From: an uncultured Chlamydiae bacterium
GTDB taxonomy: Bacteria; Chlamydiota; Chlamydiia; Chlamydiales; Parachlamydiaceae
Assembly: GCA_950054535.1 (NCBI GenBank)
Contig: CATLPS010000001.1
Span: 1 to 54,536 of the forward strand
DNA length: 54,536 nucleotides
Direction: 5' to 3'
Both the position numbers and the translations under genes were made by a program. The notes beneath the pieces are model-generated. The model saw only the letters and a program-made list of their open reading frames with translations. It had not been told where the DNA came from and made no database searches. The number at the start of each line of letters is the position of its first letter. Position 1 is the stretch's first letter. Positions 28,078 to 37,729 of this stretch are shown here, piece after piece.

Positions 28078-28210
28078 AAATATTTAGTAAAATTTCTGGT
28101 AAATTTAAAAAACGTTTACTAAAAGTTTATTAGTAACTAAAAAATTTAAACCATTTATCCATTTTTACATTGTTTGGTCAAATTAGTGGGCATGTGGGGA
28201 TTTTATCTCC

Positions 28211-30820
28211 TCATGCCACTAAACGAGGGAGAAAGGGGGTAATCATGGTTTTTCGTGAGTTTAAGGCGCCTGCATTGAACCTTAAAATTGCCAAAGGCAT
28301 CTTTTCTTGTTTTGTGTTAAATTGTAGCGATATGTTTGGATAGTGTTGTTTAAAAATTTGCGAAAATTCTGAATTGGTTTGATCAAAAATTTCTAATTCT
28401 AAATGAGTGAGCAGCTCTTTAGTAGCTGGACTAAAATTAGCTAAAAAACTATTGAGATGAGAAAGAGCTGTTTGGCTATTAGCAACAGAGATCCAGAGCT
28501 CATCTAAGTGTTGATAAGGCGTTTCTTGATTGGTAAACACCTCTTCTGCGCTAGCAATCGTGCTAATCATATGGATATAAAGGTCAATATCTAAGTTTAA
28601 TGCAAACGTTTTTTGAGATTTGTCTAGCCAAATTTTCTGCATGTTCTTTGCGCAGCTTAAATAAAAAGGGAAATTATCTTTAAAAAACTTACTTTGCCCT
28701 ACTTGGGCACATCCATTTTGTTGTTTGGTATCGATAAAAATACTAGACTTTTCTCCTTTTAGACAAAGTTTTAAATTCTCTTCTACTGCTTGCTCTCTTA
28801 AAGTATAAACCTGTTTATAAATGGAGTGCATATCTTTTTGAGCTAAAATTTTACGACTTGCTTTGCCAATAGAGTCATAGCTTTTAGTAAACAAATCAAA
28901 CTCAATAATTTCAACTTCTTGTTTTACGCTTAATGATTTTAAACGATTGAGTAATTGAGCTACGCATTCTAGGTCACGCCAAGTGGCCTTGGCTAAAAGA
29001 TCTGTATCATCTAAAATGGCCTGTAAAAAAGAAAAATACTCAGTAAATTCGCGATCGGGATGAATAAAAAATTTAGAGTCAGAGTCGGCTACAAGGCGTC
29101 TTTGTAAAAGCCTTTGTAGTATTCTTCTTTCTTGATTGTTTTTTGGTATACCAATAGCTGCAATCTGCTCATCGATCTCTTTTAAGGTAAGGCCCCCTAA
29201 GCTATATTGGTCGTTGAGAGCAAATGCTTGTTCTGCCAGTAAAACATTGCAAGACTGTACATCTGCCACCACTACAAAAGGTACATTTGTAGTTTTCAAG
29301 CTGCTTTTATGATGGTCCATTACGCTAATTACTTCTAAATAAGAGGCCATCTTCACTTCGTCTAAATTGCAAAAGTCGCGTAGCGAAACTGTTCCTAAAC
29401 GCTCTTGTTTTAGCTCCTCTGCTTTTACAATTCCTACAGGAAAAAGTTTATCATCAGGTTCACTGAGCACTACGGTCAAAAAGCTTGCCTGCTTCATTTT
29501 TTTGCGCATCTCTTCTACGTCGCTACGAAGCGTTAAGAAGGTTTGCGGAATTTTCCTCACTGCATGTTTGATCTGCACTAAAACATCGAGCCTTTCTACT
29601 AAGCTGCGAGCTTCGTGCATCGCGTCATCGAGTTGATGAATCAACCTTTCGAGCTGGCTAAAAATTTTAGGTCTATTTTCTAAAAGCGCTCCTGCAGAGT
29701 CAAAAAGATCACTTTTCACAATTTGCTCAGCAGCAGTTTGAAAATTTGCTAACTTAAAATAAGCAAGCGTTTGCAGTGCCTGCGCCAAATCGCTAAAGCT
29801 AGCTTCAATGCCTTTATCTACTTTCATCACCTCTTTAAAAAAGCAATCCAAATCATTTTTCTGTTCGTGATCAAGTTCAAGTACCGTTTCAAAATCTTTT
29901 ACCTTCACTTCAAAAACGCTAAAATGAAAATAGGGAAACTCTTGTAAAGTTAAATGCCTTTTTGCAAATAAAGAGATAAGATGGGTGTGGACATTGCTTT
30001 CAAACCAACGTAGACACGCTTTAAAAGCCAAAGTAACCTGCTTTGTTATTTCGAGGTCAGAAGGATGCCAATCTCCTAAATAATAGCCCTCTTCATCTAC
30101 TAATACGATAGCCTCTTTCTTAAAGTCGATCTCATTAACACAATAGTGACCCTCTTTCTTTACTACTCCTTGCTGCGTCATTAAATCCATGGCAGTAAGA
30201 TAAAGAGCAGAGCTTGTTTTTGCAATAGAATCAAAAAGGTGAGGGGAGAGACTCTTTTGAAAAATATCGGTAAAAGGAGAGCTAGCCGGCCCTCCAGGTA
30301 GATGCCACTGATGCTGCCCTTTGGCTAAGCGAGCTGCAAAAGCGTCGGCCCAACCCCAAAAAGAGGCGATTAAAGTATCGGTATCAGGAGAGAGATGAGC
30401 AGCAACAAAATGCGTGCCACTAAACACTTGCCCCATACCCACGGGAAAAAGCTTTTGATAAGCGCTACGCGGAATATATTTCCCCATTATTTTTCCTCTA
30501 ACCAAATACTGCTCTTCTTCATTTAAAGTAGAAAAATGGTTAAGCCAAAACTCAAAAGAGAGTAGGGTCAAAGGCTCTTTAGTCACTTTTTTTTGGTTGA
30601 TTTGCTCGATAAAGTCAAGAGCAGAACTGAGCAAAAAAGATTTTTCAGGAGCTTTTAAAATTAGCTCACATAAAACTTCGTTAACTTTTTGAAACTGTTT
30701 GTGATGATGAAGAGATAAAAAGCGCGCTTCTTTAAAAAAAGCTAAAAAGGAGTCTATAGAAGAAAAACTATTCAAAGAAGGCAGAGCGTTGCCAATTAGA
30801 GTAGGGGTATCTGCATACAT
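28211..30820 (-). CDS. expanded DHH/DHHA2 phosphoesterase (family II pyrophosphatase-like core with large insertions)
   Basis: 869 aa. Motifs are collinear with family II PPase: AAHLSPDTDTLIAS (H-x-x-PD-x-D), IVLVDEEG, VISVMDHHKS (DHH), LQAILDDTDLL, C-terminal GALNSRKTMITPFLP (DHHA2). There is a ~140-aa N-terminal extension and a ~230-aa insert. Confidence 0.7.
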   Translation of the reverse strand: MYADTPTLIGNALPSLNSFSSIDSFLAFFKEARFLSLHHHKQFQKVNEVLCELILKAPEKSFLLSSALDFIEQINQKKVTKEPLTLLSFEFWLNHFSTLNEEEQYLVRGKIMGKYIPRSAYQKLFPVGMGQVFSGTHFVAAHLSPDTDTLIASFWGWADAFAARLAKGQHQWHLPGGPASSPFTDIFQKSLSPHLFDSIAKTSSALYLTAMDLMTQQGVVKKEGHYCVNEIDFKKEAIVLVDEEGYYLGDWHPSDLEITKQVTLAFKACLRWFESNVHTHLISLFAKRHLTLQEFPYFHFSVFEVKVKDFETVLELDHEQKNDLDCFFKEVMKVDKGIEASFSDLAQALQTLAYFKLANFQTAAEQIVKSDLFDSAGALLENRPKIFSQLERLIHQLDDAMHEARSLVERLDVLVQIKHAVRKIPQTFLTLRSDVEEMRKKMKQASFLTVVLSEPDDKLFPVGIVKAEELKQERLGTVSLRDFCNLDEVKMASYLEVISVMDHHKSSLKTTNVPFVVVADVQSCNVLLAEQAFALNDQYSLGGLTLKEIDEQIAAIGIPKNNQERRILQRLLQRRLVADSDSKFFIHPDREFTEYFSFLQAILDDTDLLAKATWRDLECVAQLLNRLKSLSVKQEVEIIEFDLFTKSYDSIGKASRKILAQKDMHSIYKQVYTLREQAVEENLKLCLKGEKSSIFIDTKQQNGCAQVGQSKFFKDNFPFYLSCAKNMQKIWLDKSQKTFALNLDIDLYIHMISTIASAEEVFTNQETPYQHLDELWISVANSQTALSHLNSFLANFSPATKELLTHLELEIFDQTNSEFSQIFKQHYPNISLQFNTKQEKMPLAILRFNAGALNSRKTMITPFLPRLVA

Positions 30821-30848
30821 TGTTAATTAAGCGATCAAATGTTTAAAA

Positions 30849-30921
30849 TGGACTGAGTAGGATTCGAACCTACGACCACCCGCTTAGAAGGCGGGTGCTC
30901 TATCCACTGAGCTATCAGTCC
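30849..30921 (-). tRNA. tRNA-Arg (anticodon TCT)
   Basis: Reverse complement GGACTGA...TCAGTCC acceptor, anticodon arm CCCGC-CTTCTAA-GCGGG, T-arm GTAGG-TTCGAAT-CCTAC. Confidence 0.9.
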
Positions 30922-31041
30922 CTACAGGCTTAAGCAAACTTGCGGGTAAGCATAACGGCTTGTACTTGTTAAGTTCAAGTGTTTTTCTTAAAAAAAGAGT
31001 TTTTTTATTTAAAAAGGCGATATTTTCATGGTTTTTTATAT

Positions 31042-31078
31042 AAAAAAAGGAGACATTTGGGAAAACGTCTCCTTTTTA
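31042..31078 (-). terminator. bidirectional rho-independent terminator after the 702-aa gene
   Basis: aaaaaaa-GGAGAC-atttgggaaaac-GTCTCC-ttttt. 6-bp GC-rich stem flanked by A-run and T-run, 16 nt past the stop at 31094. Confidence 0.6.
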
Positions 31079-31093
31079 TCTAAAATAAATTAG

Positions 31094-33202
31094 TTAATTG
31101 TAATCTTCTTCTTCAAATTCAAATTGGACTGTTGTATTTGTAAAGTCCACTGTTACTTCTTGCAAAGATCTAATATAACCTTGTAATACTTCAATGGAAT
31201 TTGGAAACTGATCAATAGTAAGCGCATTGACGATGTTTACTTTGTTTGCATATTGGTTATCTCCTAATGGAATGCACTTGCAAAGCTGTTGTCTTAAAAA
31301 TACTATTGCCTCAGGTTGAGAAACAATGTTTGCAAAATCTGATGGCTGCAGCTCGTAAGTAAAAGCTTTAGAATCAGATACTAAGCTTAAGTTTCTTATG
31401 CTATTGTTTAGTAGGCTAGCATAAACAATCATCGCAAGTGGCAATGGATAATTCTCTTTATTGCTATCGGCCTTAAAAATATCCACCAAAGTTTGCCAGC
31501 GAGAAATGTTATCTTCTTTTTCTTCCTTCGCAATTAAGATATCTTTAGCCACTTGCTGCGCTATTTCATACTTTGTAGCATTGTTTAGCGCCTGTTTTTC
31601 CATTAATGCTCGAAAAAGGGTAGGATTCTCAATCAAAAACGCAGCATTATCTCTTCCAATGGAATATTCATCATGTGCGTTAACAAGGTCCGCAAGTGCC
31701 TGTACATAGTTTTCATCTTCGCCTAGTGCAGGACTTTTTTCCATTTTATTTAAGAAAAAAGTAACTAATTTTTCATAATGCTTTTGTGTAGCTCCTTCAT
31801 TATTTAAGATAGCGGCTGCTACCTGGCTAAAATTTTTATCATTTATTCCTAATGGTGATTGAAGTAATTTAATAAAATTATCGATTTCCTGTGAGGAGAA
31901 ACCTTCTGATAAAATTATGTTTGATGCTAAAGTTGGGTTTTCTGCAAAATTTTTGATGAAAGTAGAGACATTTGGGGTAGCTAACTTTTTTTTGGAGTAT
32001 TCTGATAAATCAGAGAATGATTTTTTCAATTGTTTGTTCATTCTTTGTAAAAAATTCTTATTTTCCAATAAGAAGCTAAGCTCTTGATGAGAGTTAATGA
32101 TTTTTAAAAAAACATTAATATCGGGAAAATTTGTAAAGTCTAAAAATGGGCCATTTTTATACTGTTTTAATATTGCTATTAACAATTTTTCGTCTAATTC
32201 ATCAAGTTTTAAGTCTACACTTCCGTTATTATTAATTTTACTCGTTAATTGTCTAAGTAAATTTGCATTTTCTGTAAACAACTTAAGCAATTCACTATTT
32301 TGCACAATAAAAGCAAGTACTCGTGGCGATTGACAGTATTCTCTTAAATAATGATTCCTACCTAATTTTGCTACAAATTGATCCATATCTTTATGATAGC
32401 CTACAGAGCTGTAACTATAGTTATCGATATAGTTTAAGAATTCATAGAAATTGTCTCCAAAATATTTATTTTCTTTAATAGAGTTTTTTATAACAAATGA
32501 AAGAAAAGAATCTAGATGACTCAATACAATCTGTTCTGTCTTCGATAGTTCATATTGTGCCGGACGTGTCGGTTGTAGTGAATGCAATAGTATATAGGCT
32601 ATAATATCTCTACTATCTCTTATATTATTAAGTGCTTGCTCATTGCCTTCTCTAAAAAGATGCTCCGCTAAATTTCCTTTGCGCAAAGCAGTCAATACTA
32701 TTTCGAAATGAAAACAATTTACGGGGAGTTTTTGCGAAAGTATAGGATGTTTTGGAACTAAAAATCTAACTAGTTTTGAAATTGTTAGTTTTTTCTTTGA
32801 TAACAAATTCATAGCTACATTAGTTAGTATTTCACTATTAACAGATTCGAATAATTCATGGTAGTCAGATATTTTTTTATTCGCATTAGTATAATATGTT
32901 AAAACAAGTGTATCAAAAGCAATATTGCGTATTCCTTCTGCTCTTAAAAAATTTTCCAGTTGTTTTTCTCTAATAGAGGCTCCTGAGCGCAAAAGATTAG
33001 TAAGGTTTTCAATGTTTTTTTCTTTTAAAGCCTTAGCCACGCTATTTTTATTGTAAATAAATATCTTACCAATGCAGTACCGGATATAGTGTAAGAATGT
33101 TGGTGGGAGCGATCGATTATATGCCTTAACTCCTTTTCTAATCTCACTCCTTGAATTGGAAATAGGGACATTTGGAGAAGAACTAATAGGATTATTTGTC
33201 AT
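31094..33202 (-). CDS. hypothetical large protein (orphan, predicted all-helical; candidate effector)
   Basis: 702-aa uninterrupted ORF, N/K/I/L-rich, with no TM segment and no recognisable catalytic motif. Confidence 0.6.
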   Translation of the reverse strand: MTNNPISSSPNVPISNSRSEIRKGVKAYNRSLPPTFLHYIRYCIGKIFIYNKNSVAKALKEKNIENLTNLLRSGASIREKQLENFLRAEGIRNIAFDTLVLTYYTNANKKISDYHELFESVNSEILTNVAMNLLSKKKLTISKLVRFLVPKHPILSQKLPVNCFHFEIVLTALRKGNLAEHLFREGNEQALNNIRDSRDIIAYILLHSLQPTRPAQYELSKTEQIVLSHLDSFLSFVIKNSIKENKYFGDNFYEFLNYIDNYSYSSVGYHKDMDQFVAKLGRNHYLREYCQSPRVLAFIVQNSELLKLFTENANLLRQLTSKINNNGSVDLKLDELDEKLLIAILKQYKNGPFLDFTNFPDINVFLKIINSHQELSFLLENKNFLQRMNKQLKKSFSDLSEYSKKKLATPNVSTFIKNFAENPTLASNIILSEGFSSQEIDNFIKLLQSPLGINDKNFSQVAAAILNNEGATQKHYEKLVTFFLNKMEKSPALGEDENYVQALADLVNAHDEYSIGRDNAAFLIENPTLFRALMEKQALNNATKYEIAQQVAKDILIAKEEKEDNISRWQTLVDIFKADSNKENYPLPLAMIVYASLLNNSIRNLSLVSDSKAFTYELQPSDFANIVSQPEAIVFLRQQLCKCIPLGDNQYANKVNIVNALTIDQFPNSIEVLQGYIRSLQEVTVDFTNTTVQFEFEEEDYN

Positions 33203-33419
33203 GACTTTATCCTTTTGTAAAAAAAATTGATCACTTCACTTAATTATTATTATCGTATGATTTGTTGTGCGTTGTATTAACTTTTTTTTAAAATCTAATA
33301 AATAAAAATAGTTTGCTGAATTGCTACTGCCTTTCCTTAGCAAGTTTTAAAAAGTAGAATTTGCAATCTAAGGACTAAAGCTTCACAATAAAAACGTTAT
33401 TTAAGAAAAGGAGCGTTGG

Positions 33420-34262
33420 ATGAAGCAAATTCATTTAAAAAATTTTTCCATTGGAAAAGGGCAGCCTTTAACAATTCTATCGGGCCCTTGCGTCATTGAA
33501 AGCGAAGAACACTGCTTGCAAGCTGCGGAAACTTTAAAAAAAATTTGTAAACGTCACCAAGTCAATCTAGTATTTAAATCGAGCTATGATAAAGCAAACC
33601 GCTCTTCTTTTCACTCCTTTCGCGGGCCGGGCTTGCAAAAGGGCTTGCAAATTTTAGAGCGCGTAAAAAAAGAGTTAGAACTACCAATTTTAACAGATGT
33701 ACATACGGAGCAAGAGGCCAAAGCGGCTGGTAGTATTTGCGATATGATTCAAATTCCAGCTTTTTTATGTCGGCAAACAGACCTGATCGTTGCCGCTGCG
33801 CGCACAGGCGCTATTATCAATGTAAAAAAAGGCCAATTTTTATCCCCTTGGGAAATGGGCAATATTGTAGAAAAGATCGAAGAGGCTGGCAATCAAAAAA
33901 TTATTTTAGTCGAGCGCGGCACCTCGTTTGGTTATAATCAGCTAATTAGTGATATGCGCGCTATTGCCATCATGCAAGAATATGGGTACCCAGTTTGTTT
34001 TGACGCAACTCATTCGGTACAAAAACCAGGAGCTTTAGGAAAAACTACCGGAGGGGATAGACGCTTTATTGCCACTTTAACAAAAGCGGCGCTTGCAGCG
34101 GGGGCTAACGCACTTTTCATCGAAGCGCACCCTTTTCCGTCTAAAGCCAAAAGCGATGCAGCAACCGTTTTTTCTTTTGAAGAGTTAGATTTTTACCTGC
34201 CTATCTTTAAGCAGCTCTATGATATGATGCAAGTAAGCCCCAACTATAACTACCACGAATAA
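33420..34262 (+). CDS. kdsA: 3-deoxy-8-phosphooctulonate (KDO-8-P) synthase
   Basis: 280 aa. KSSYDKANRSS, IPAFLCRQTDL and FDATHSVQKPG motifs. Confidence 0.92.
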   Translation: MKQIHLKNFSIGKGQPLTILSGPCVIESEEHCLQAAETLKKICKRHQVNLVFKSSYDKANRSSFHSFRGPGLQKGLQILERVKKELELPILTDVHTEQEAKAAGSICDMIQIPAFLCRQTDLIVAAARTGAIINVKKGQFLSPWEMGNIVEKIEEAGNQKIILVERGTSFGYNQLISDMRAIAIMQEYGYPVCFDATHSVQKPGALGKTTGGDRRFIATLTKAALAAGANALFIEAHPFPSKAKSDAATVFSFEELDFYLPIFKQLYDMMQVSPNYNYHE

Positions 34263-34275
34263 AACTGATGGATCT

Positions 34276-34911
34276 ATGTTGATAAAGAGTAGTTGGTTTT
34301 TTTTAGCTCTTTTTTTAACCATTTTGTTTTTATTAGGCCAAAGCTTTTATTTTCCCTCTTCGGCTAGTCAACGCGACTATCATCGTTTAATGGCCTTTGT
34401 TAAGCCGCCTCAAAAAGAGGTAATTCATTTAATCGAGCAGCAAAGAGAACAGGTGAGTAAACAATACCTTTTTTCTGATGGTAAACAGAGAAAAGAGTGG
34501 CGCCTTTCTAGCGATCTCTCTACTTTTCATTTAAAGAAAAACAAAGGAGATTTGCAGCTAACAGAACTCATGCAGCAGATAAGATGCGAAATGGAAGAAG
34601 AGGTATTGCAGGCAAAACATCCTCTAGTCAATCTTTCTACTTTAGAAAAACCAATAGAAAAGCCTTTATTGCATAAGCTGCGTTTCATAGAAGCGAAAGA
34701 AGCTAGCTTTTCTTATAAGGATTGGCATTTAAGAGCGCAAGAGGTCGTGGTCAAACGTTATTTGCTTCCCCAGCAAGTTTGGGGGGCATCGCTTTCTTCT
34801 TTTGCTCCTTTCATGCAGGGAAAAGCGCAGGCTGCTGATCTTCTCTTTTCACAGCGCCCAGTCTTTAAAGTAGAAAAATTGCAAGCGCAGTTTACAGGAA
34901 AAGAAAAATGA
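34276..34911 (+). CDS. membrane-anchored hypothetical protein (positional LptC analogue)
   Basis: 211 aa with a single N-terminal TM (WFFLALFLTILFLLG). It lies between kdsA and the LptA-like gene, and its stop overlaps the next start (ATGA). Confidence 0.45.
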   Translation: MLIKSSWFFLALFLTILFLLGQSFYFPSSASQRDYHRLMAFVKPPQKEVIHLIEQQREQVSKQYLFSDGKQRKEWRLSSDLSTFHLKKNKGDLQLTELMQQIRCEMEEEVLQAKHPLVNLSTLEKPIEKPLLHKLRFIEAKEASFSYKDWHLRAQEVVVKRYLLPQQVWGASLSSFAPFMQGKAQAADLLFSQRPVFKVEKLQAQFTGKEK

Positions 34912-36404
34912 AAAAAAAGTGGCTGCTTTTTATCTTGTTGATTGTAATAAAAAATATTTCATCTGCACAAATGCAGATAGAGTGTCAAGAAGCAGAGTAC
35001 CGAGGAAGTGAACTCATTTTAACGGGTAAGGCCAAAATCGATCACTCTTTGGCAACCATTGAAGGCGATTGCTTGACGCTCTATACAGATGAAAAAAAAA
35101 GCAGCGCAATAGAACCTAAAAAAATTATAGTGAAAGAAAAAGTTTTTCTTAACTTTCATGAAAAAGGCAACGTAAAGTGTCATCAGGCTTTACTAGATTT
35201 TGATCAACTACAAGCTTTTTGCTGGGGGAAAAAAGATCGAGCAGATCTTCTTTTTACATGGCATGGCTGGCAAAAAGAGGCAGTGTTAAAAATTAGCGCA
35301 GCTCAACTACAACTTAACTTAGAAAAAAGCGTAAAAAGTGGTGATAAACAAATCCATCTGCTTCTGCGCTCAGTAGAAGCGGCTGATCAAGTAAAAGCTC
35401 AGTATAATGACCAATTTACCATCATTGCTGATCACGCTTTTTATGCAGCTGCTAATGCAGAAGAGTTTTCTAGTTTGAAAGGCAAGTTGGTGATAACAGC
35501 AAAAGATGGCTTTTTTTGTCAGCTTTTTACTGAGCAAAAAGAGGAGATAACAGCGAAAAAAATTATCATCGATTTAGCTACTCAAACTATTTATGGCGAA
35601 AAAGTGAAAGGTCATTTTTGTACTGATTTTCCTCTGCTTACCCAGCAGGTTCATTTTCAAGCAGAGCGCTTAAGCTGGAAGTTGTCTTCTAAAGAGCTCA
35701 CTTTATGGGAAAAAGTAGTAGTCAGCCAAGAGCAGCTGCAGATAAGCACAAAAGAAAACTTAATTTTAAATTATAAGTTAACAGGAAAAAGAAAACAGCT
35801 TGACTCCATTGTAGCTCCAAATGGTGCTCAGATTGCTTATCAAGGGGCTTTAGAGCAGCAGTCTTATCAAATTACGTCGCCTGGAAAATATTATCTCGAT
35901 TACGGTCAAGATATATTATATGTGCAAAGTTTACCGGAAATAGAAAAAGAAAATTTAGAATATGAGCCAATTGTCATAAAAACTTGGCAAGGAGAGATGC
36001 AAGCACGCTCCATGGTTATAAAAGGCTCTAAACAAGAAAAGCAACGCTTACTACCCTACCTGGTTATTTTAAAAGATCAAGTACAGTTTGCAGGCTACAT
36101 TGGTAAACAATTACTAAAAAATGTCTACTGCCAGTATGCGCTAGCAGACGAACTTACCTATTTTCCTCTGGAAAACAAGCTCTATTTAAAGGGAAAGGAA
36201 AAAAAACGGGTACTTTTTTGGGATCAAAACCAAGGCATAAAAATGAGCGCGCCCGCGCTTGATCTCTGTTACGATAAGCGAACCCAAAAAGAGAGTATTA
36301 AAGGAAAGGGGAACGTGCGTTTTACTTTTACGGAAAAAGAAAATGGTTATTTAAGTCAAAAGTTTCACTTTAATTTGTCTCACGTTCCAAAGGAAGTATT
36401 ATAA
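34908..36404 (+). CDS. OstA/LptA-domain protein, expanded (498 aa)
   Basis: Signal peptide MKKKWLLFILLIVIKNISSA. Repeated beta-rich units of the type AEYRGSELILTGKAKIDHSLATIEGDCLTLY. Immediately followed by lptB (TAA-ATG). Confidence 0.5.
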   Translation: MKKKWLLFILLIVIKNISSAQMQIECQEAEYRGSELILTGKAKIDHSLATIEGDCLTLYTDEKKSSAIEPKKIIVKEKVFLNFHEKGNVKCHQALLDFDQLQAFCWGKKDRADLLFTWHGWQKEAVLKISAAQLQLNLEKSVKSGDKQIHLLLRSVEAADQVKAQYNDQFTIIADHAFYAAANAEEFSSLKGKLVITAKDGFFCQLFTEQKEEITAKKIIIDLATQTIYGEKVKGHFCTDFPLLTQQVHFQAERLSWKLSSKELTLWEKVVVSQEQLQISTKENLILNYKLTGKRKQLDSIVAPNGAQIAYQGALEQQSYQITSPGKYYLDYGQDILYVQSLPEIEKENLEYEPIVIKTWQGEMQARSMVIKGSKQEKQRLLPYLVILKDQVQFAGYIGKQLLKNVYCQYALADELTYFPLENKLYLKGKEKKRVLFWDQNQGIKMSAPALDLCYDKRTQKESIKGKGNVRFTFTEKENGYLSQKFHFNLSHVPKEVL

Positions 36405-37142
36405 ATGGCTGCCGATCGTCCTATTTGTTTGAAGGTAAGTGATTTGAAAAAACAATATGGAGGTAGGATGGTGGTAAATGGCCTCTCTTTTCAAGTAGGT
36501 TTAGGAGAAATTGTTGGTTTGCTCGGTCCTAACGGAGCGGGAAAGACCACAGCTTTTTATATGACAGTGGGTTTAATTCAAGCAGATGGCGGCAGAGTCG
36601 AGTTTAACAATATCGATGTAACGCATTTAGCAATGCATGAAAGAGCTCGCATGGGAATGGGATATTTAGCGCAAGAACCTTCGGTTTTTAGAAATTTGAC
36701 CGTGGAAGAAAACATCTTAGCAATTTTAGAAACATTGCCTTTGCCTAAAAAAGAGAAAAAAAAACGGCTGCAAGAGCTATTGCAAGAGCTGAACTTGGCC
36801 CATTTAGCAAAAAAAATAGCGGTTAGTTTATCAGGAGGGGAGAGGCGAAGAGTGGAAATTACGCGCTCTTTAATTACAAACCCTTCTTTATTAATGCTAG
36901 ATGAACCTTTTGCCAATATTGATCCTATTTCAGTACAAGAGGTAAAAAATCTAATTCGTCACCTGGCAAATCGCGGGATTAGTATTTTAATTACGGATCA
37001 CAATGCGCGCGAAATTTTTTCTGTAGTAGACAAAAGCTATCTTATCCAAGAAGGAAAGGTAACCTTACAGGGAAGTTTAGACGAGCTAATCCATAATGAA
37101 GAAGCTCGTCGTACCTATTTTGGCAGTGACTTTAGAATGTAG
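36405..37142 (+). CDS. lptB: LPS export ABC transporter ATP-binding protein
   Basis: Walker A GPNGAGKTT, signature LSGGERRR, Walker B LMLDEPF, H-loop TDHNARE. Confidence 0.9.
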   Translation: MAADRPICLKVSDLKKQYGGRMVVNGLSFQVGLGEIVGLLGPNGAGKTTAFYMTVGLIQADGGRVEFNNIDVTHLAMHERARMGMGYLAQEPSVFRNLTVEENILAILETLPLPKKEKKKRLQELLQELNLAHLAKKIAVSLSGGERRRVEITRSLITNPSLLMLDEPFANIDPISVQEVKNLIRHLANRGISILITDHNAREIFSVVDKSYLIQEGKVTLQGSLDELIHNEEARRTYFGSDFRM

Positions 37143-37148
37143 GAAATT

Positions 37149-37637
37149 TTAAGGCGAAGAAGAATAGATTTCGCTTGGCTGAAAAAAGAAAGCGATCTCT
37201 TTTTTAGCGTTTTCAACGCTATCGGAGCCATGTACAGCATTGTATGTTGTAGAGCTAGCAAAATCGGCACGCAAAGTGCGGGGGTGAGCCTTAGTCGGAT
37301 CTGTTGCTCCCATCATCTGGCGATTTTTAGCCACTACATCTTCTCCTTCTAAAACTATTGCTACAATTGGCCCTGAAGTCATAAAAGCGATAAGATCGTT
37401 AAAAAATGGCTTGCCTTTATGTTCTGCATAAAATTGGCTAGCTTTTTCAGGAGAGAGCTTTGTCATTTTAAGGGCATTGATAGAAATATTTGCCTCTTCA
37501 AAACGTTTGATAATAGCTCCGATATGCTGTTTTTTTACCGCATCTGGTTTAATAAGTGAAAGCGTTTGTTCGCCAAAAAGGTTTAAACTAAGTAAAGAGG
37601 AGGCTACGACAAGTAAAGAGAAAAAATTTTTTTTCAT
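37149..37637 (-). CDS. nucleoside-diphosphate kinase paralog with N-terminal signal peptide
   Basis: ATG at 37637 after AGGAA (track ORF starts at TTG 37643). [22 protein letters not shown] precedes a full NDK core (LSLIKPDAV ... NAVHGSDS). Confidence 0.8.
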   Translation of the reverse strand: MKKNFFSLLVVASSLLSLNLFGEQTLSLIKPDAVKKQHIGAIIKRFEEANISINALKMTKLSPEKASQFYAEHKGKPFFNDLIAFMTSGPIVAIVLEGEDVVAKNRQMMGATDPTKAHPRTLRADFASSTTYNAVHGSDSVENAKKEIAFFFQPSEIYSSSP

Positions 37638-37655
37638 GGCCAATTTCCTATAAGT

Positions 37656-37696
37656 AAAAAAATTAGAAAAATGAGCTTTTTTAGGAAAAGCTCATT
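37656..37696 (-). terminator. rho-independent terminator between the two ndk genes
   Basis: 11-bp stem aatgagctttt / aaaagctcatt (37670..37696) with a 5-nt loop. On the minus strand it is followed by UUUCUAAUUUUUUU. It lies 34 nt past the ndk stop. Confidence 0.65.
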
Positions 37697-37729
37697 GAAG
37701 TGAATAGATACTGTAATAAAAAAGCTTAT

